From the NCBI GenBank assembly GCA_965213685.1, contig CBDBZY010000018.1, forward strand, positions 480,001 to 544,000: a stretch of 64,000 bases of DNA, written 5' to 3'. The notes below the pieces were generated by a model, which did no database searches, was not told the origin of the DNA, and was given only the letters and a program-made list of their open reading frames with translations. The translations under genes and the position numbers were made by a program. Of the stretch, positions 45,568 to 62,374 are shown one piece after another; the stretch's first letter is position 1; every line of letters begins with the position of its first letter. The DNA comes from a bacterium. Its GTDB lineage: Bacteria; UBA8248.

Positions 45568-46860
45568 TCAGAGAGTCGGTAGGGATGGCGCGGTCCGCCC
45601 ATAGTGTGCGTATATTGAAAATCCGTCTTACCTCGCGAACGCTCGTGTGCTAAGCCTTTCTGGACACCTAGCTATCCTATTCTGACGTTTCTCTACCCAA
45701 TGATACCCTCCAGATAGCTCAAAAGCATCCCTAGACTTACTGCCAGGAAACGGGCGAAGTGGTCATTTCTTTTTCTTTCTGATTCTTCTTCTTCTTCTTC
45801 TTCTTAAGAGATGTTTTTCAAACGACTTTTCTCGAAACTGGCAGAAGTAATCACTGTAGTTCTTTACAGATCAACTGTAATCACTACCGCGTATGATCTG
45901 CCTTAACGGCATCTTAGCATCTTCTCAAATAAGCAGAAACTAGACGCACTGGACAACATGCCCATATTTGGAAGCCATTTTCTAATACATGTAATAATAA
46001 TAATAATAATTAGCAGTCTATTCAAGGAATCTCAAGACAAATCTAATACAATTATTATTATTATTATGATTATTATTATTATTATTATTATTATACAATC
46101 TCTCGAAGCCACGCCCTAGTAATTTCTCCAAGAAAAGCTACTCATGATAGCGGCCGAGTGGCCTGTGTTTCAGCCTTATCTTACTTCACTGTTGTTTCAG
46201 AGTCGGTAAACTGTTCGTGTAGGAATGGCACCGACGTACCAATTGCGCGTGTACATACAAAAATGTTCTTTATAACTAGCGGAAGCTCGTGTTAGGCTTT
46301 TCAAGCCCCTTTGAGCGCTAAGCGGCGTTATGCATCTCTCTACCAAACGATACGGCGCCCCCAAGAATCAAAGTTACATCACTGAGCTTCACTTCCGAGT
46401 ATGATCCTAAGAAACATACTTAGCCTCGCAAGCCAGCCGTATCAGTTTTCCGTACGCGGAGGAAGGTGTTGGTGCTTAACTTAGAGAAGGACAACCTCCT
46501 GTATGGTACTGTAGTACAGCAAAAAATGCATGCAAACAAGTATGAAAAACATTTTCCAAAATGTAGAAGGATGTAGGGATGGCAGTGCCAAAAACCACAC
46601 AAACTAGATATATGGATGGCAGTGTGCAGAGGACTACACAAGTAACCCCATCCCTACATCTTTTTTTTTGAAAAGAACGTGTATCTAAACTTTGCTGTGA
46701 CATTACTGAAAACATCTTTGTGCAGAAAACAAAGATGTAGGGATGGGGTTACTTGTGTAGTCCTCTGCACACTGCCATCCATATATCTAGTTTGTGTGGT
46801 TTTTGGCACTGTCATCCCTACATCCTTCTACATTTTGGAAAATGTTTTTCATACTTGTAC
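45568..46860 (-). mobile_element. Second copy of the Helentron/HINE-like element, opposite strand
   Basis: Colinear reverse complement of 39334-40715, including (TTC)n and the terminal inverted duplication. Confidence 0.75.
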
Positions 46861-47545
46861 ACAATTATTCTAACAGATACGTGCATGGATAGCAATCATT
46901 GAATAGTTATGAAAACATCTGTCTCTATAATTATACAGAAGCAATGAAGTTGAAGGAGCAAAGTGCAGGAACTGATCAACTTTTTACCTCATTAGGATTA
47001 GTGTTTGTGAGAGAAAAAATGTTGGGAATTTAAAATAGGAAGCAGAGAGAAGTAATTGGTTCTAAAGTTGCGGTTGCCTACCTCAGTCCCTTTGAGCATG
47101 TGAGAAATTGGCTTGCTGAGATATTAGAGTTTCTTCTTCTTCCCTTTTTGGCTTCGATCATTTCGTCTTCTCCAATGAACCTCTTGCTATGTTGCGTAAT
47201 ACATGAATCATGAGGCAGTCCAAGGTTCTATAGTCTCCATGCATGTAACAATGAACATAAACCTTGTAGAAGAATATCGTGAGAGAACTGTAAGACCATA
47301 TTAACCACTACAGGATATAGGCCATATTAGTAATTGTGATCGCCATTAGCAAATACTGGCATTTACATTTTATGGATATCTGAATGCAATGTAATGCTAC
47401 ACAATACTAATGTGTACACGTACCAGGGAAGCAACACTCTCCTTATGTAGCAGAAGGTGCTGTCTTTCGGTCCAGACTGGGAGATAAAGCACTGCTCACA
47501 AATACGAATATATGCGCACACACCCACACACACACCCCACACACA

Positions 47546-47665
<120 letters not shown>

Positions 47666-50600
47666 TACATGGATGAGGTGAGTTTACTCTTGTGACAAAT
47701 TCAGAAGGTAGTTCAACATGGAACATACAAACCTTTTTGTCCAATGAAGAGCTGTAGTTTCTGTGCCCATTTTCAGTTCAGCTTCAAAGTTCTTTACTTG
47801 TTAACATTTATAAGTAGTCATGTGAAAATAATTGTTATGAACATATCACAATCATTGCATGCAGGGATCCATGACTGCGCTTCTATACCTCCAGAGTGTG
47901 GTATATCACTTAGTAACCATTTTGTTGTGACAGAGCAGCCACAAAGTTGTTCAGGAATTATGGAATCACGCTTGAGTGCTTTTGCAGAATAGAGATATTT
48001 ATAGGCTTTTACTTTCTTAATCAAAATGCATCTATGGCCAGATACACGATTGTACTTTGCCAGTGGCATGACTTTCCTATAGAGCAGAGAGTGAATAGTA
48101 GTGGTTACTTTCCACTGTATTATTTGGGTACTGACTAAGGAAAGAGAAAACTTAGGTGGCAGTATAATGGATACATGTACAAAAGATGCTGTACTATGAA
48201 CTTAGTACATATTACAAGGAGGTACAACAAATATGACACAATGTGAACAACAGAGTACAAATTATGTAAAGATAGTTGATACTTCAATGAAAGATGTTGC
48301 ATAGCTAACTAGTACACCAACAAAAAACATGACTAGCTATACTTATACCAATAGTTGATTACATTTGTGTATATAAAGAAACAAGAAGCACACAAACAGA
48401 ACAAAAGACACAAACAAAACACACACAACACAAAGGACCACTTAAAAGCTGCACGTGATGGAATCCACGGGGATTCCTGTAAATGAATGGGGAAGAGCCC
48501 ATTAATTTTAGTGAATTATGCATTCATGCTAAGCACACATATATGCAACAGATTTAATACAAGTAATAAATGTTGGCATAAATACCCCCAAACCTTGCAG
48601 TGAGTGTGCACATTTATCAAAGCAAACTTCATAATTACAGATGTAGTGGAGCAAGGAAGTGCACAAGGTGCACATGACAAGAAACATAAGGAATAAGGAT
48701 GATCCACACAAGAATGCTAGTGATCTCCTACAGATGCAGAGTCAAGTACTAATACTGTCGAATGCTTTTAATCATTTTTAGAATCGTCTCATAACATGAA
48801 GCTGAGTGCCACACCAACATAGCAATTTATCATTGCATGTGTTGGCCGTGGGGATATTTTCTCCACATCCTGGTGAATGAAGGCCTGCACCATATTGACA
48901 GACTACAGATTTGCTCTTGACCGCTGTTGCACCTAGTGTGGAGCCACATCTTCTCATCCAGACCTCATAGCAGAAAGAAATGCCCCCTTCCATTAATATT
49001 CCAATAAAGTTTTATATGCCACTGCATAATATTATGTCACAGCAAACAACAGCTAAGATGCCCACAAATCCACACGGTTGATAGATGTTGCAGTAAAGCA
49101 ATATAAGAACGATAGAAAGTGTGTGCAAGCAGTGCAAGAGGTTTAAATCTGATGACTTTTGCCACTGGCATAATTATTGTATTTCTATTGTATTACAAAA
49201 ATTGCTCTAATTAAAGCAGTAATTACAGACAGAGTTCAACAAAACAGATGTGTCGGAAGATACCATACATTGTACAAATGTCAGTGGCCATTCTGTTTTC
49301 ATTTGCAAGGAAGAGCACTCTTGCCAGTATCTGGCATAGGAGGGGAGAGGTGATTTATGTATTACTTAAATCACGGCAGATAGGTACGTATACTGGATAC
49401 GTACCAGTATCTGCTGTGTTTTAAGTAATTTGTGTCACCGTTTCCTAGCAACCTTGTACCTATCAAAACTTTCCCTTGTTGATTTCTAGCCCTCATACAA
49501 GTGCCCGCTAACAGTGCTTTATATGTGATGGTCCCAGGTGGGCCTTTGATGTAAGGTGTTAAGGTGACACAAGAATCTGCGTACCCATCCTTTGCAAGTT
49601 TTGTGTGAAAGAATACACACTGGGCAGGGTAGCCAGTACCCTCGGCAAAAAAATTATTTTTTGCCATGGGTACTAGGCTATGGGCAGGGTAGCAAGATTT
49701 ATTGACATATCTGAAGGGGAATTTATATCAGTACTCTCTGACCACTGTAGAGTATGTACAATTATACATCTGAGGACATGGCGCCAGCACTGAGTGTTAG
49801 AAGCTGTACTGCACTCCAGGGCATACAATATGGCAGTGGTACTTTAGACATGAATGGCTGACTCAAATACATCATCACCTGTGGCTGGCAGGATATTTCA
49901 AAGCAGCCAAAAGGGATCAGACTGTGGTGTCTTTGTATGTGTGGTGAGTAAAAATCACTGGCATTCCGGCAGCTGTAATGTTTATTCATTCCAACTACAG
50001 TATCCTCACATGGGATACCATTTAGGCTTTCACAGGTAAGACTACAAGGTCTCACAATCATTTCCTCCCTCTCAAGTACATAACAGGATGATACCTACCG
50101 CAGACAATGGACTCTTAGATTCTATTCCTCTAATATCTTTTGTGAAGGAACATAACGCTACAGATCAAGCAAAATATTGATCGTCATGTGAAAATACGCC
50201 AGAAGAAGCTTGTTTGTTACGTTCCACGTACATTAGTTTTATATAGGATAATGGATGTTGAAAACTCACTGTCAGCAGCTTTAGCGGCAGTCTGTTCTCG
50301 GAGTGTATACCCTCGCGGACCTGTCCCGCCCACCCCTCCACCTACTTACTACGCCCACCGGATGCGGCATTCGGCAACAGAAAAATTCGTTGCGTTGCAG
50401 GCACACAGAAACTGAACTACGAAACTCAATGGTTATATTCTTTTTATAAGAGAGTCGGTAGACTCTCTGTAGGGATACCATCCTATTCCAGCGTTTCTTT
50501 GCCCAACGATAACCCCCAAGTAGCTGAAATGCATCCTTAACTTACCACCAGAAAACGGCTGACCAAGCGATTTGTCTTTCTTCTTATGTGATCATTATTC

Positions 50601-52099
50601 AAGCAATTTTCTCGTAACCGGTAAAGTAATCGCCATACTTTTTTCATACATATGGATACACTGAAATTACAGAAACGTACGATCCTTCACAAATCTTAAG
50701 GGAGGGCGAGTCATGATTGCGTTCTTCGTCAATTACTCTACCGTCGCTTTCCCCCTACATTTACCAACGCTAAAACGACAGCAATTCTTTGGCGCAGTTG
50801 CAAATTCGCTGGAAAAAAAAAATTCATATTTCCCGCTACCGTTGGACGTGCGGCGCTGTGTGGCGCCAACCGGTGAAGAGGTGGGTGCTCGCCAAAGGGG
50901 AGTGAACTAGTTTATGCGCAATGGGTTGCTCGAGGCTTGGCTTGCTACTTTACGGCAGAATTTGCTACCGTTTTTCCAAATTCTGCAGCACAAAGAAAAC
51001 GATTATATGTCTAGAAAGAAATATTTAGCCCGGAGTTTTAAAGCAAACTTAGATAGCCAACATGCTTAGTAATCATCCACCGAATTTTCGTCTCGGCAGC
51101 ATTAGCCGTTATTGGCAAATTGTTTTTCTATAATTAGCGATATGCATATAGCGTAAATTTTATAATTCTATAAACCGACATATCACGCAAAACTACGTTA
51201 TTTCGCTAACAGGCATCATTAGGAGAATACAATAAAACATAAATCAGGCAAAATCATGTCTTAGGGTCGTCCTGCCTTAAAAGGTGAGGGCTGCCATGAT
51301 TTTGCGCGCGCGCACCATATCGCGCGAAGCTACGCATGCTCGCTAGTCCAAGCAAAGGCTACTGTAGTCGCTGATTTGTGTCTGAATGGGCATGTTTGAG
51401 CACCATCTTACTTCGCTATACTATTGTACAGGAAACGTTACGTTAATATAATTGGCATGAGTTAGCCAGTTAGAAACAGCCTGCAAATTCCAAAGTGGCA
51501 ATGATCAAGTCCTTTCCTACCTTCCCCCCGTATATCCATCCTTGACAGGCAGCAGCATAGATATTATACCTTACGGTTCCGTAAGGTATAATATCTATGG
51601 TAGCAGTGACTGCTATGATTTATTTGCTGAATTCTCAAAGAAGCTTGTTAGAAGAATATCCTCTCTTAGTATCCAATTGGCAATTGTGTAAGACAACAGC
51701 ACACAAACAAGACATAATACAAAAAGGAACATATTCCAAAAATGTGGAGGAATGGACATGTGGGGATGGTAGTTAAAGAAACGGAGACTAGGTGAAGGGA
51801 TGGTAGTATGTGGGCAAGACAGATTATACAAGGACTACACAAGTAACCTGCCCCTTCTTTTCTCCACTGTACTGTCAGTGATCTTCTAACATACCTCACA
51901 GAGCAATGCCCTAATCACACAAAGTGCAGTTGCTAGGTCAATTTGGAACTACAACCATAAAATTAATTTGCTATAATGTTATTTTGGGAACTTCACATGC
52001 AGGTGACTCACTGATAAAATTGTGGATACATGAACATTGCAATATACCTAGCATGAAGTGTTTCACCATTCAGAGGGTGCATATATAGAGAACAAATAA

Positions 52100-55114
<3,015 letters not shown>

Positions 55115-55419
55115 CTGCATTATGAAAAATGATAATACTAATGGGAGTAAGAATTAATCATATTCCAATGATGCTACATATTTGTATGTTCATCATTCTA
55201 CACATACATGTAGTGACATACATGCATATATCAATAAAATGGGAATACATTCATGAAAATGGGGATTCTAGTATGTAGTAAACATATTTTTGTCCTTTGG
55301 TCATTGCTAAAATTTTTGCTTTACAAACCCTTTTTCCTCCTTAACTGGATGTTGAGGCTTGCCATGTGTCTTGTCACTGCTAGACCCAGTTCAGCCAGTT
55401 TGTTTACTGGTTATACTTT

Positions 55420-56110
55420 TTTGCTTTTTTTGAAGACACCAGCTGGCTATTATGTCAATCGTATCTGAAGGACTTATCAGCCAACACCTCCGACCTTGCC
55501 CATCCTTGATTTCTATGATGAACCTCTAGGTCTGTTTCATGCAGGCTGTGCTTGTACAAGCAGGTGGTAGGGTGCTGTTGCACAGGAAATGCTAGTGGAA
55601 CTCACACCATTACAGGATCATCGAGTCCAATCCAGCCTGTGCAGTATGTTTAAAATTGTTCATGGTCTTTGCTATAGCCCTCCCAACTTCGTTACTCCGA
55701 GGCAAAACTTTTGTGAAAGAACGAACAGAAAGCTCCTACTACAGAAGCCATACACACGAACCAATGCATACAGATTTTCCTTTGTGCCACACACTGCCCA
55801 AGCATGGAATGAGCTGCCCAGAGTCAGTAGTGACCTTATCACTGAACCATTTTAAACATTGCATATTATGATTAAGTTATGCACTAGTGATAAAATACTT
55901 TGCATTTAGATTAGCAAGTATAGGGTGTGAACTTGTATAGCTTATTGCTATTGCATATCCTTTGCCTTTTGCATACATTGTTTTTATGCCCCAGAGAATG
56001 TCTTCCCACACCAGGAGCACTGCTAACAGTACATATGGTGTAGTCTGCCAAAACGTAACCCTTCTGTATTTGTTGCAGCAACTCCTGAGTGAATATGTTT
56101 GTTCATGTGA
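55420..56110 (-). pseudogene. Second copy of the Roc N-terminal fragment, split at the P-loop by a LINE fragment
   Basis: 55995-56110 and 55420-55594 are together colinear with 58560-58830 (SSAPGVG.. / HFLCNSTLPPACTSTACMKQT*). Confidence 0.6.
55595..55994 (+). mobile_element. 5'-truncated LINE (CR1/L2-like) 3' end
   Basis: SLCSMFKIVHGL...RTNAYRFSFVPHTAQAWNELP, typical post-RT C-terminus, followed by a 3' UTR. Confidence 0.75.
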
Positions 56111-56666
56111 AACCAAGCAGCAATAGTAATGAAAAGGGAAGTCTACATCCAGTATGGTTGCTACATAAGTGTATAAATAGTTGCGGCACTGCCCACATTT
56201 CATTAAAATTTGGGGATTTATTAAGATGTCATGCTATTGTGTTAACAGCACAGTAGTGTGCACGTGACTGTCCGTGAACCGCCGTTCCCATGACGCTTTG
56301 AACTTGGATCATACAAAGAGTGTTCGTACTCAGCCTCACTCTCCACGGGCTTCCATAGCTTGGACGTGGCCTGCTTTGGCCTCTGTCTTCGCAGCTGCAC
56401 CTTTAGATATGGAACAATGCTTAAATATGATGAAATTGAGAGCTTTACTTCCCATGGCATGTTGAAAGGAAGCGTAGGTAGCACACGCTCATCAGCAGGA
56501 CAAAGTGAAGGTCAACTCTGCCCATCACCCGTGTGTGTAGTAGTCTCGCAAGCCAGACCCTCTCTTGCCCAGAGGGTCTGGCTTGCAAGACTGGGTTAGA
56601 GAATCGTACCATTTGCAAACAAACCGTAGCACATGCATGCACATTTTGGCCATTGCACTTGACACG

Positions 56667-57358
56667 TAGTCTCGTGCCCAGATGTAATGTGTTCACGCAC
56701 AGAAATTGTCTGGTAACATTGGGCTATGTTTCTGGGACACGAAATGTAAGGAATATACTGGTAATCGCAATTAGAAGCTCATGATTGCCCTCGCACGCCA
56801 TTGATAATGCCGGACTTCTGCTGGTCTCTTTTCTGCCAAGCTGGTCTTGATCTATCCCTGAAAACCCATGGTAAGCTTACAAGAAAAAATGTTTATCCTT
56901 CTACAACAGCAGCCGCCAAAGTAGCACGAGTCGGTTTCTTCCTTGTTTTGGGTGTTTATTCTGAGGTATGGTACAGTGACAGGAAACCGTCCATAAGCAT
57001 CTACCTGTAAGCTTGTTTCTTGAAGCTAGCAAGAGAGAGAAGTAGATACAAGTCCTAGAGCATGCTGTGAATTACTTAGTGACATGGGCTGGAGATAGTG
57101 GCACTCGTACTCTCAGTGTATTGTCAGCCATCGTTTCAGGTGGTAAAATACGTGACCTTACATAGCAGACAGTTCACTTCACTCTAACTACTAGGGTACG
57201 AAGTTGAGAAGCATTAGGCCTACTCCTTTTAACGCCCTAATTGACAGGGTACCGATTTCATTGGATGTTTCCACATTCCAAACTGAGAACACTTCCAGCC
57301 CAAAGTTTTGGCCTAATATGTAATTCTTGCACACGAGCGCATTACATCTGGGCACAAC
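56667..57358. mobile_element. Academ-like MITE (tagtctcg terminus)
   Basis: tagtctcgtgcccagatgtaatg ... cattacatctgggcac; right end degraded. Mini versions at 1716-1771, 17217-17271 and 56542-56593. Confidence 0.6.
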
Positions 57359-57759
57359 ACGCTGGATGCTAATTTCCACTTATGCACGCACTTCCGACTA
57401 TCGTTCTCTTAAAGGTCAAGGTTCAATTACACCTGAAACTGGCAGCACCAGGAGAACAGAGCTGTTTTGATGGAGAAAATCAGTAGGGTGCCAAGAAACA
57501 TGAAGAAGGACAATCACGCACTTCTTGTATGGTAACAGTGATTACTGATGCTGAACCCAGAACGATTGAGGACTACCTTACAGAAACCTGGCAAGATTGG
57601 GTAGGAACTTATCTTTTCACACCACTAGACTCCAAGTTGTGACCAAGCCTTCCTTGGCTCTGCGTATGTGGCAGTTGAAGAGTTATCTGTAAGCCATCAG
57701 TGTGTTTGCATGTTCTGATACGTGTATACGAACAATCATGTGCATAGTGCACCACAAGA

Positions 57760-58480
57760 AAGAAAGAAGAGAACAGAGAAGACAGAAAAAAGAATTACAT
57801 ATAAAACAAACTAAAATTCACAACAACCTCAACGGCTTAGAAAAATATAGTTTAATATTTGGAGAACCAAATATTAACATGTATCTATATATCTACATGT
57901 CTACGTAGGTCATGTTTTACTTCCAGTGGAATGCATATTCCTTCTAATACATGCCTCTTCATACTCACACCATACTTACAAAACAAATTTATATGTCTTC
58001 TAGCAAACTTCTTAAAATACGCACACAATTTGTCATACAAGAAAGCTATCAATCTTCTGGTAAGCAACTTATGCCTAGCACAAAAGGTGTCAAATGTATC
58101 ACATATCCTACTAATCCTTACTAACTGAGAAATATAAACCCCATATGTAGCATTGGCAGGTATATTACTAGACATAAAAGGAAAGTTAATTTTAAAATTG
58201 TCCCTTTTATCATACACTTCTGTTGCGTATTTATTACCACATATGCTAATCAGAATGTCCAGGTACGACACCCTATTGGATGCCTCACTTGATTTTTTAA
58301 GGCTTAATTCTTTAGGGTATATCTCACCAATTACTGCATCAACCATAGCATTATTTAGAGTAAGCTAATCATCTATGTACCTCACAGTATCACTAAACAT
58401 TTTGGCTACACACATTTTGTCCTTCATCAACTTCTTCATGTATGGGTATTCATAATGAAACAGAAACAGATTGTCTGGCC
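57760..58480 (-). mobile_element. Penelope-like retroelement RT C-terminal fragment (Naiad/Chlamys-like)
   Basis: NLFLFHYE...TVRYIDD*LTLNN...IYPKELSL...SYLDI...VYDKRDNF...FPFMSSNIP..YGVYISQLVRISRIC; ends without a C-terminal GIY-YIG; in-frame stop. Confidence 0.8.
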
Positions 58481-58830
58481 TATTTGCTGGCTGCTGACTT
58501 GCACTACTGAAGTGCTTGGCTCTTTTTCTGTGATGGAGACACCGGCTGAAAGATTCTCGGCTATCATGTCCACCATATCTGAAGGACTTATTTGCTGACA
58601 TTTAAGGTGTTGTCCATCCACCTTTTCCATGATAAACCTCTTGGCCTGTTCGATGCAGGCTGTGCTGGTACAAGCAGGTGGTAGGGTCTCGTTGCATTAG
58701 AAATGCTCGAGAGATGTCTTCCCCACACCAGAAGCACTGCTAACAGCGCATATGGTGTAGTCTGCCAAAACGTGACCCTTCTGTAGTTGTCGCAGCAACT
58801 CCCGAGTGAATATGTCTGTTCATGTAAAAA
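58480..58830 (-). pseudogene. Roc N-terminal fragment (P-loop + switch I), in-frame stop
   Basis: Manual translation ...ICAVSSASGVGKTSLEHF*CNETLPPACTSTACIEQAKRFIMEKVDG...ISPSDMVDMIA parallels the start of the intact Roc domain; truncated by the Penelope-like fragment. Confidence 0.65.
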
Positions 58831-59114
58831 GAAGTAGCAATACTAACGGTAAGGGCAGGCAAGAGCCAATATCATTGCTAAGTGCAGTTAGAGCCCTGCT
58901 CTTTCGAATGCTGCAATTTGATTGGCCAAAACGCGGGATCTATATCCCGTATTGAACCTCCTACGAGGTTCAATATAGTTTGCCGCCATGCCCGCGCCAA
59001 TTTTGACTCCGCCTCCTTGTAATTGTTTACATAAAAATTACACGCCTCACGCGCGGTGCGGTGATGGCGTGTCATGTCACGCGTGCGTGTCTCAGTACAG
59101 TGCATGCAGTACAG

Positions 59115-59790
59115 TAGCCTCGTTCCCAGGCCGAAAAATACGGCCTGGTACACACTGTTCGCACATGCGTACAATTTTCCGTAAAATGTCCGTAAAATAA
59201 TTAGGTTTATGTACTCCAATAAGAGCCTCCAAAGCACCAAACATTTGCTCATGTCACTAGCAGTCACCACCAACTCCTTACTAACTCCTGCGTGGCCACT
59301 AAGTATACATTCTGTCACACCTCGCTCTCTCAGACTAGTCAAGTTACCTGATCGATCACGAGTGGCGCTAGTGCTGATACAACCAGTGCTGTACTACTAC
59401 TCTCTTCTCTCATGTTTTCCTCGCTTGTGATTCATAGCCGACAGTAACAGCTCATAGCACACAGGCTTGCCGAATCTAGTTGGGAGCTACAAAACGCGTC
59501 TTTCCCATTGTAGAGCTTACAGCGTCTAACTGCTCCGGCTTCAGTTGTGGGTCTTGCCGTTCCCTATACGTCGTAGACCATGATGAACGCCTGCAGTGAA
59601 CTCATCTCTCTCTAGAACAAGCTGGCCGACCATCCCTAGAGTGATGTGCCAACATGTTCTACGGAGGATTACTGGAAAGGTAAACGGAAAGTGTTCAAAC
59701 GTGCACAGTTTCCCAGGTTTTCCTGGGAATAACGCGCATGCGCAAAACAGTGTAGACCAGGCCGTATTTTTCGGCCTGGGAACGAGGCTA
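59115..59790. mobile_element. Academ(H)-like MITE
   Basis: ~45-bp TIR tagcctcgttcccaggccgaaaaatacggcctgg..; TAG..CTA termini; perfect 9-bp TSD gcagtacag. Confidence 0.85.
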
Positions 59791-60145
59791 GCAGTACAGT
59801 GCAGTACAGTGCAGTATAGAGCTAGAGTACACTATTAGTACTAGCTAGCTAGCGTCTATCTTAGAACACGACGGGGCGCCAGCACGTAGCTATTAGACAA
59901 GTGCCTCAGTCCAGTACAGTGCTGTATAGAGTCCACTATAGTACTGCCTAGTTAGCTAGCGTCTATCTTAGAGCACGACGGGGCGCCAGTGCGTAGCTGT
60001 TATACTGGAGCTTGACGGTGCGGGTCCACGCACACGCGTGCTGTGCCGATGTTCTTGCGTAACATTATATCATGCTACACGTGTGCTGTACAGAGGTTCC
60101 CAGGCGCTGGGCCTGCGTGGCGCCTGGCACCGTCGGGCTCTAAAC

Positions 60146-60288
60146 TAGTTATACGCCCCGTCCAATGGGATATACGGTATTTATAAACCCTCGGGCCCTT
60201 AGTAGTGCCCTCGCTGCGCTCGGGACACTACAGCCCAGGGCCCTCGGGTTTATAAATACCGTATATCCCTGGACTCGGCGTATAACTA
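60146..60288. mobile_element. Palindromic miniature element (tagttatac..gtataacta)
   Basis: Near-complete hairpin; core matches 1800-1853; related relics at 2683-2825 and 4812-4936. Confidence 0.75.
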
Positions 60289-60466
60289 TTATTAAGCAGA
60301 TGCGGCACTGCCTGCACTTTATATTCACACTATAATTATTGGGGGGTTATAAGATGTCATAGTATTTTGTTTACAAGGCAGTAGTGTGATTGTCCGCCGT
60401 TCCTGCGTAGCGCTTCGAACGGTCGTAAAAGAGCGTTCGTACCTGCACTCTCCGCCTTCCGCAAGT

Positions 60467-62075
60467 GAATCTCGTTATGTACAGACTTGCTCATGAGATT
60501 AAAATTGCGGGTTCACCCCAAGTGCAGCGTTAACGCTCTCTTTGCGCACTTTCATAGCCACTGAAATACAAGATCAATGTGTTGGAAGTATGCAGCACCT
60601 CGAGGTAAAGAAAGTAGATGTCTAACTTTGGTACAGCTTCATACGCAAAATGCGCATTTTGGCCCTTGTGTAGCGGCGTAGGGGTAAGTAGACTGCCAAA
60701 ACTAACACACGTTTGTAGTATTATATAAACGGTGGACAGAGGCCTAAATTTGCAGGGTTCATAGAGAGGGTTGCACCCTGGGATCCCCCCCCTGAAATTC
60801 AGGTTTGTACTCTAACGTCATTAGATTTTAAGCAAGTGAAAGCATTTTGATAGCAGACGGGAATTGGTAGAGCATACGGTTTCCACAGGAATAATAGCTA
60901 CCAGGCTCACTTATAAAGTGTTGGCTTAGTTCATACAAATTTTGGCACTGCAGAAAGCGTTGCACATTATTGTGACTTAACAATTCTGCAATGCCCCCCC
61001 CCTCCCCCAGCAATGTGAGCTGTGTGCCTTTTGATCTAAAATACCAAGGGATCTAACACAGACTGCCAGCTGTATATACTGTGGCTTACAGGATTATTCT
61101 GAACTCCAGTTAACTCTGTGCATGATTATGATGGCATGAGTACACCGTCAGATGCAGTGCAGTAACATGATCAGTAAATAGGTTTAAGATAAGTCAATGG
61201 AGAGAGTGATATGTACTTCTGACAGCTGTGGAGGACCTGGAGCAAGGATATTGTGAACATCACTTTTCAAACTTTGTGTATACATCTTTGAGCGTATAGT
61301 GAAGAACAGAGCTGGGAATTAATGGATGTGGTACAAGCCATATAAGTAAGAAGTATCAGGATCCCTGAAGTTCCGGATAACTTTCACTTTCCCTGAGATA
61401 CTCTACAATGAAGCAGAAGCCATTTTGATCTGAGAGTTCCCATAAATGCTCACAATATCCTTGCTCCTCCACAGTGTCATATCCCTTAGTATAGTTAGAC
61501 AAGACCAATGCTCATCTCCTCCACAGCTGACAAGTGTGTCAGATCCCTTGCTATATTACATCAAAAGCACACAGCTCACTTAACTTGGAAGTACTATGCA
61601 GCCAGTTAGTTCAAAGCCTTTGTAAGTGCGTATGAAGCTATACCAAAATTATCATGCTTAAACGTCTACTTTCTTTACCTCGAGATGCTGCATACTTCTT
61701 TACACATACGTCTAACACACGATGTGAGATGCTGCATGCTTCTAACACATACTTCTAACACACGGATCCTTTGAGAAGAGCGCTTAGTTTTGGCAGTCTA
61801 CTTCCCCCTACGCCGCGACAGAAATGCGCATTCTGCGTATGAAGGTATACCAAAATTATCATGCTTAGACGTCTACTTTATTTACCTCGAGATGCTGCAT
61901 ATCTACTTCTAACACACCGTGTGAGATGCTGCATACTTCTAACACATACTTTAACACACGGATCCTGTATATCAGTGATGAGTGATGTGAAAGTGCGCGA
62001 AGAGAGGGTTAACGCTACACTTGGGGTAAACCCGCAATTTTTATCTCATGAGCAAGTCTGTACATAACGAGATAC
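60467..62075. mobile_element. Mutator-like long-TIR non-autonomous element
   Basis: TIR g(a/t)atctcgttatgtacagacttgctcatgagat.. of at least 85 bp; perfect 8-bp TSD ccgcaagt; empty-site paralog near 56340-56380. Confidence 0.8.
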
Positions 62076-62374
62076 CCGCAAGTTGGGCGTGGCCTGCTTT
62101 GGCCCCTGCCCTACACTTGCGCCTTTGAAAATAGCACAACGCTTATATATGATGAATGGAGAGCTTTATATCTCTTGGCATGTTGAAGCACTATCTGTGG
62201 TTGAAGGAAGTAGCGCAGGCATCAGCGCAGCGCAGGTTGCACGTGACACACTTGATTCTCATTTCCGCTCATGCATTTTGCAAGCCCTATTACCTAGTCT
62301 CGCGGAGCCACACTGTTACGCACCGCAGAAACAGTCTGGTGTACTGACGTTGAGCGTTTTGTTCTGACACCCCT

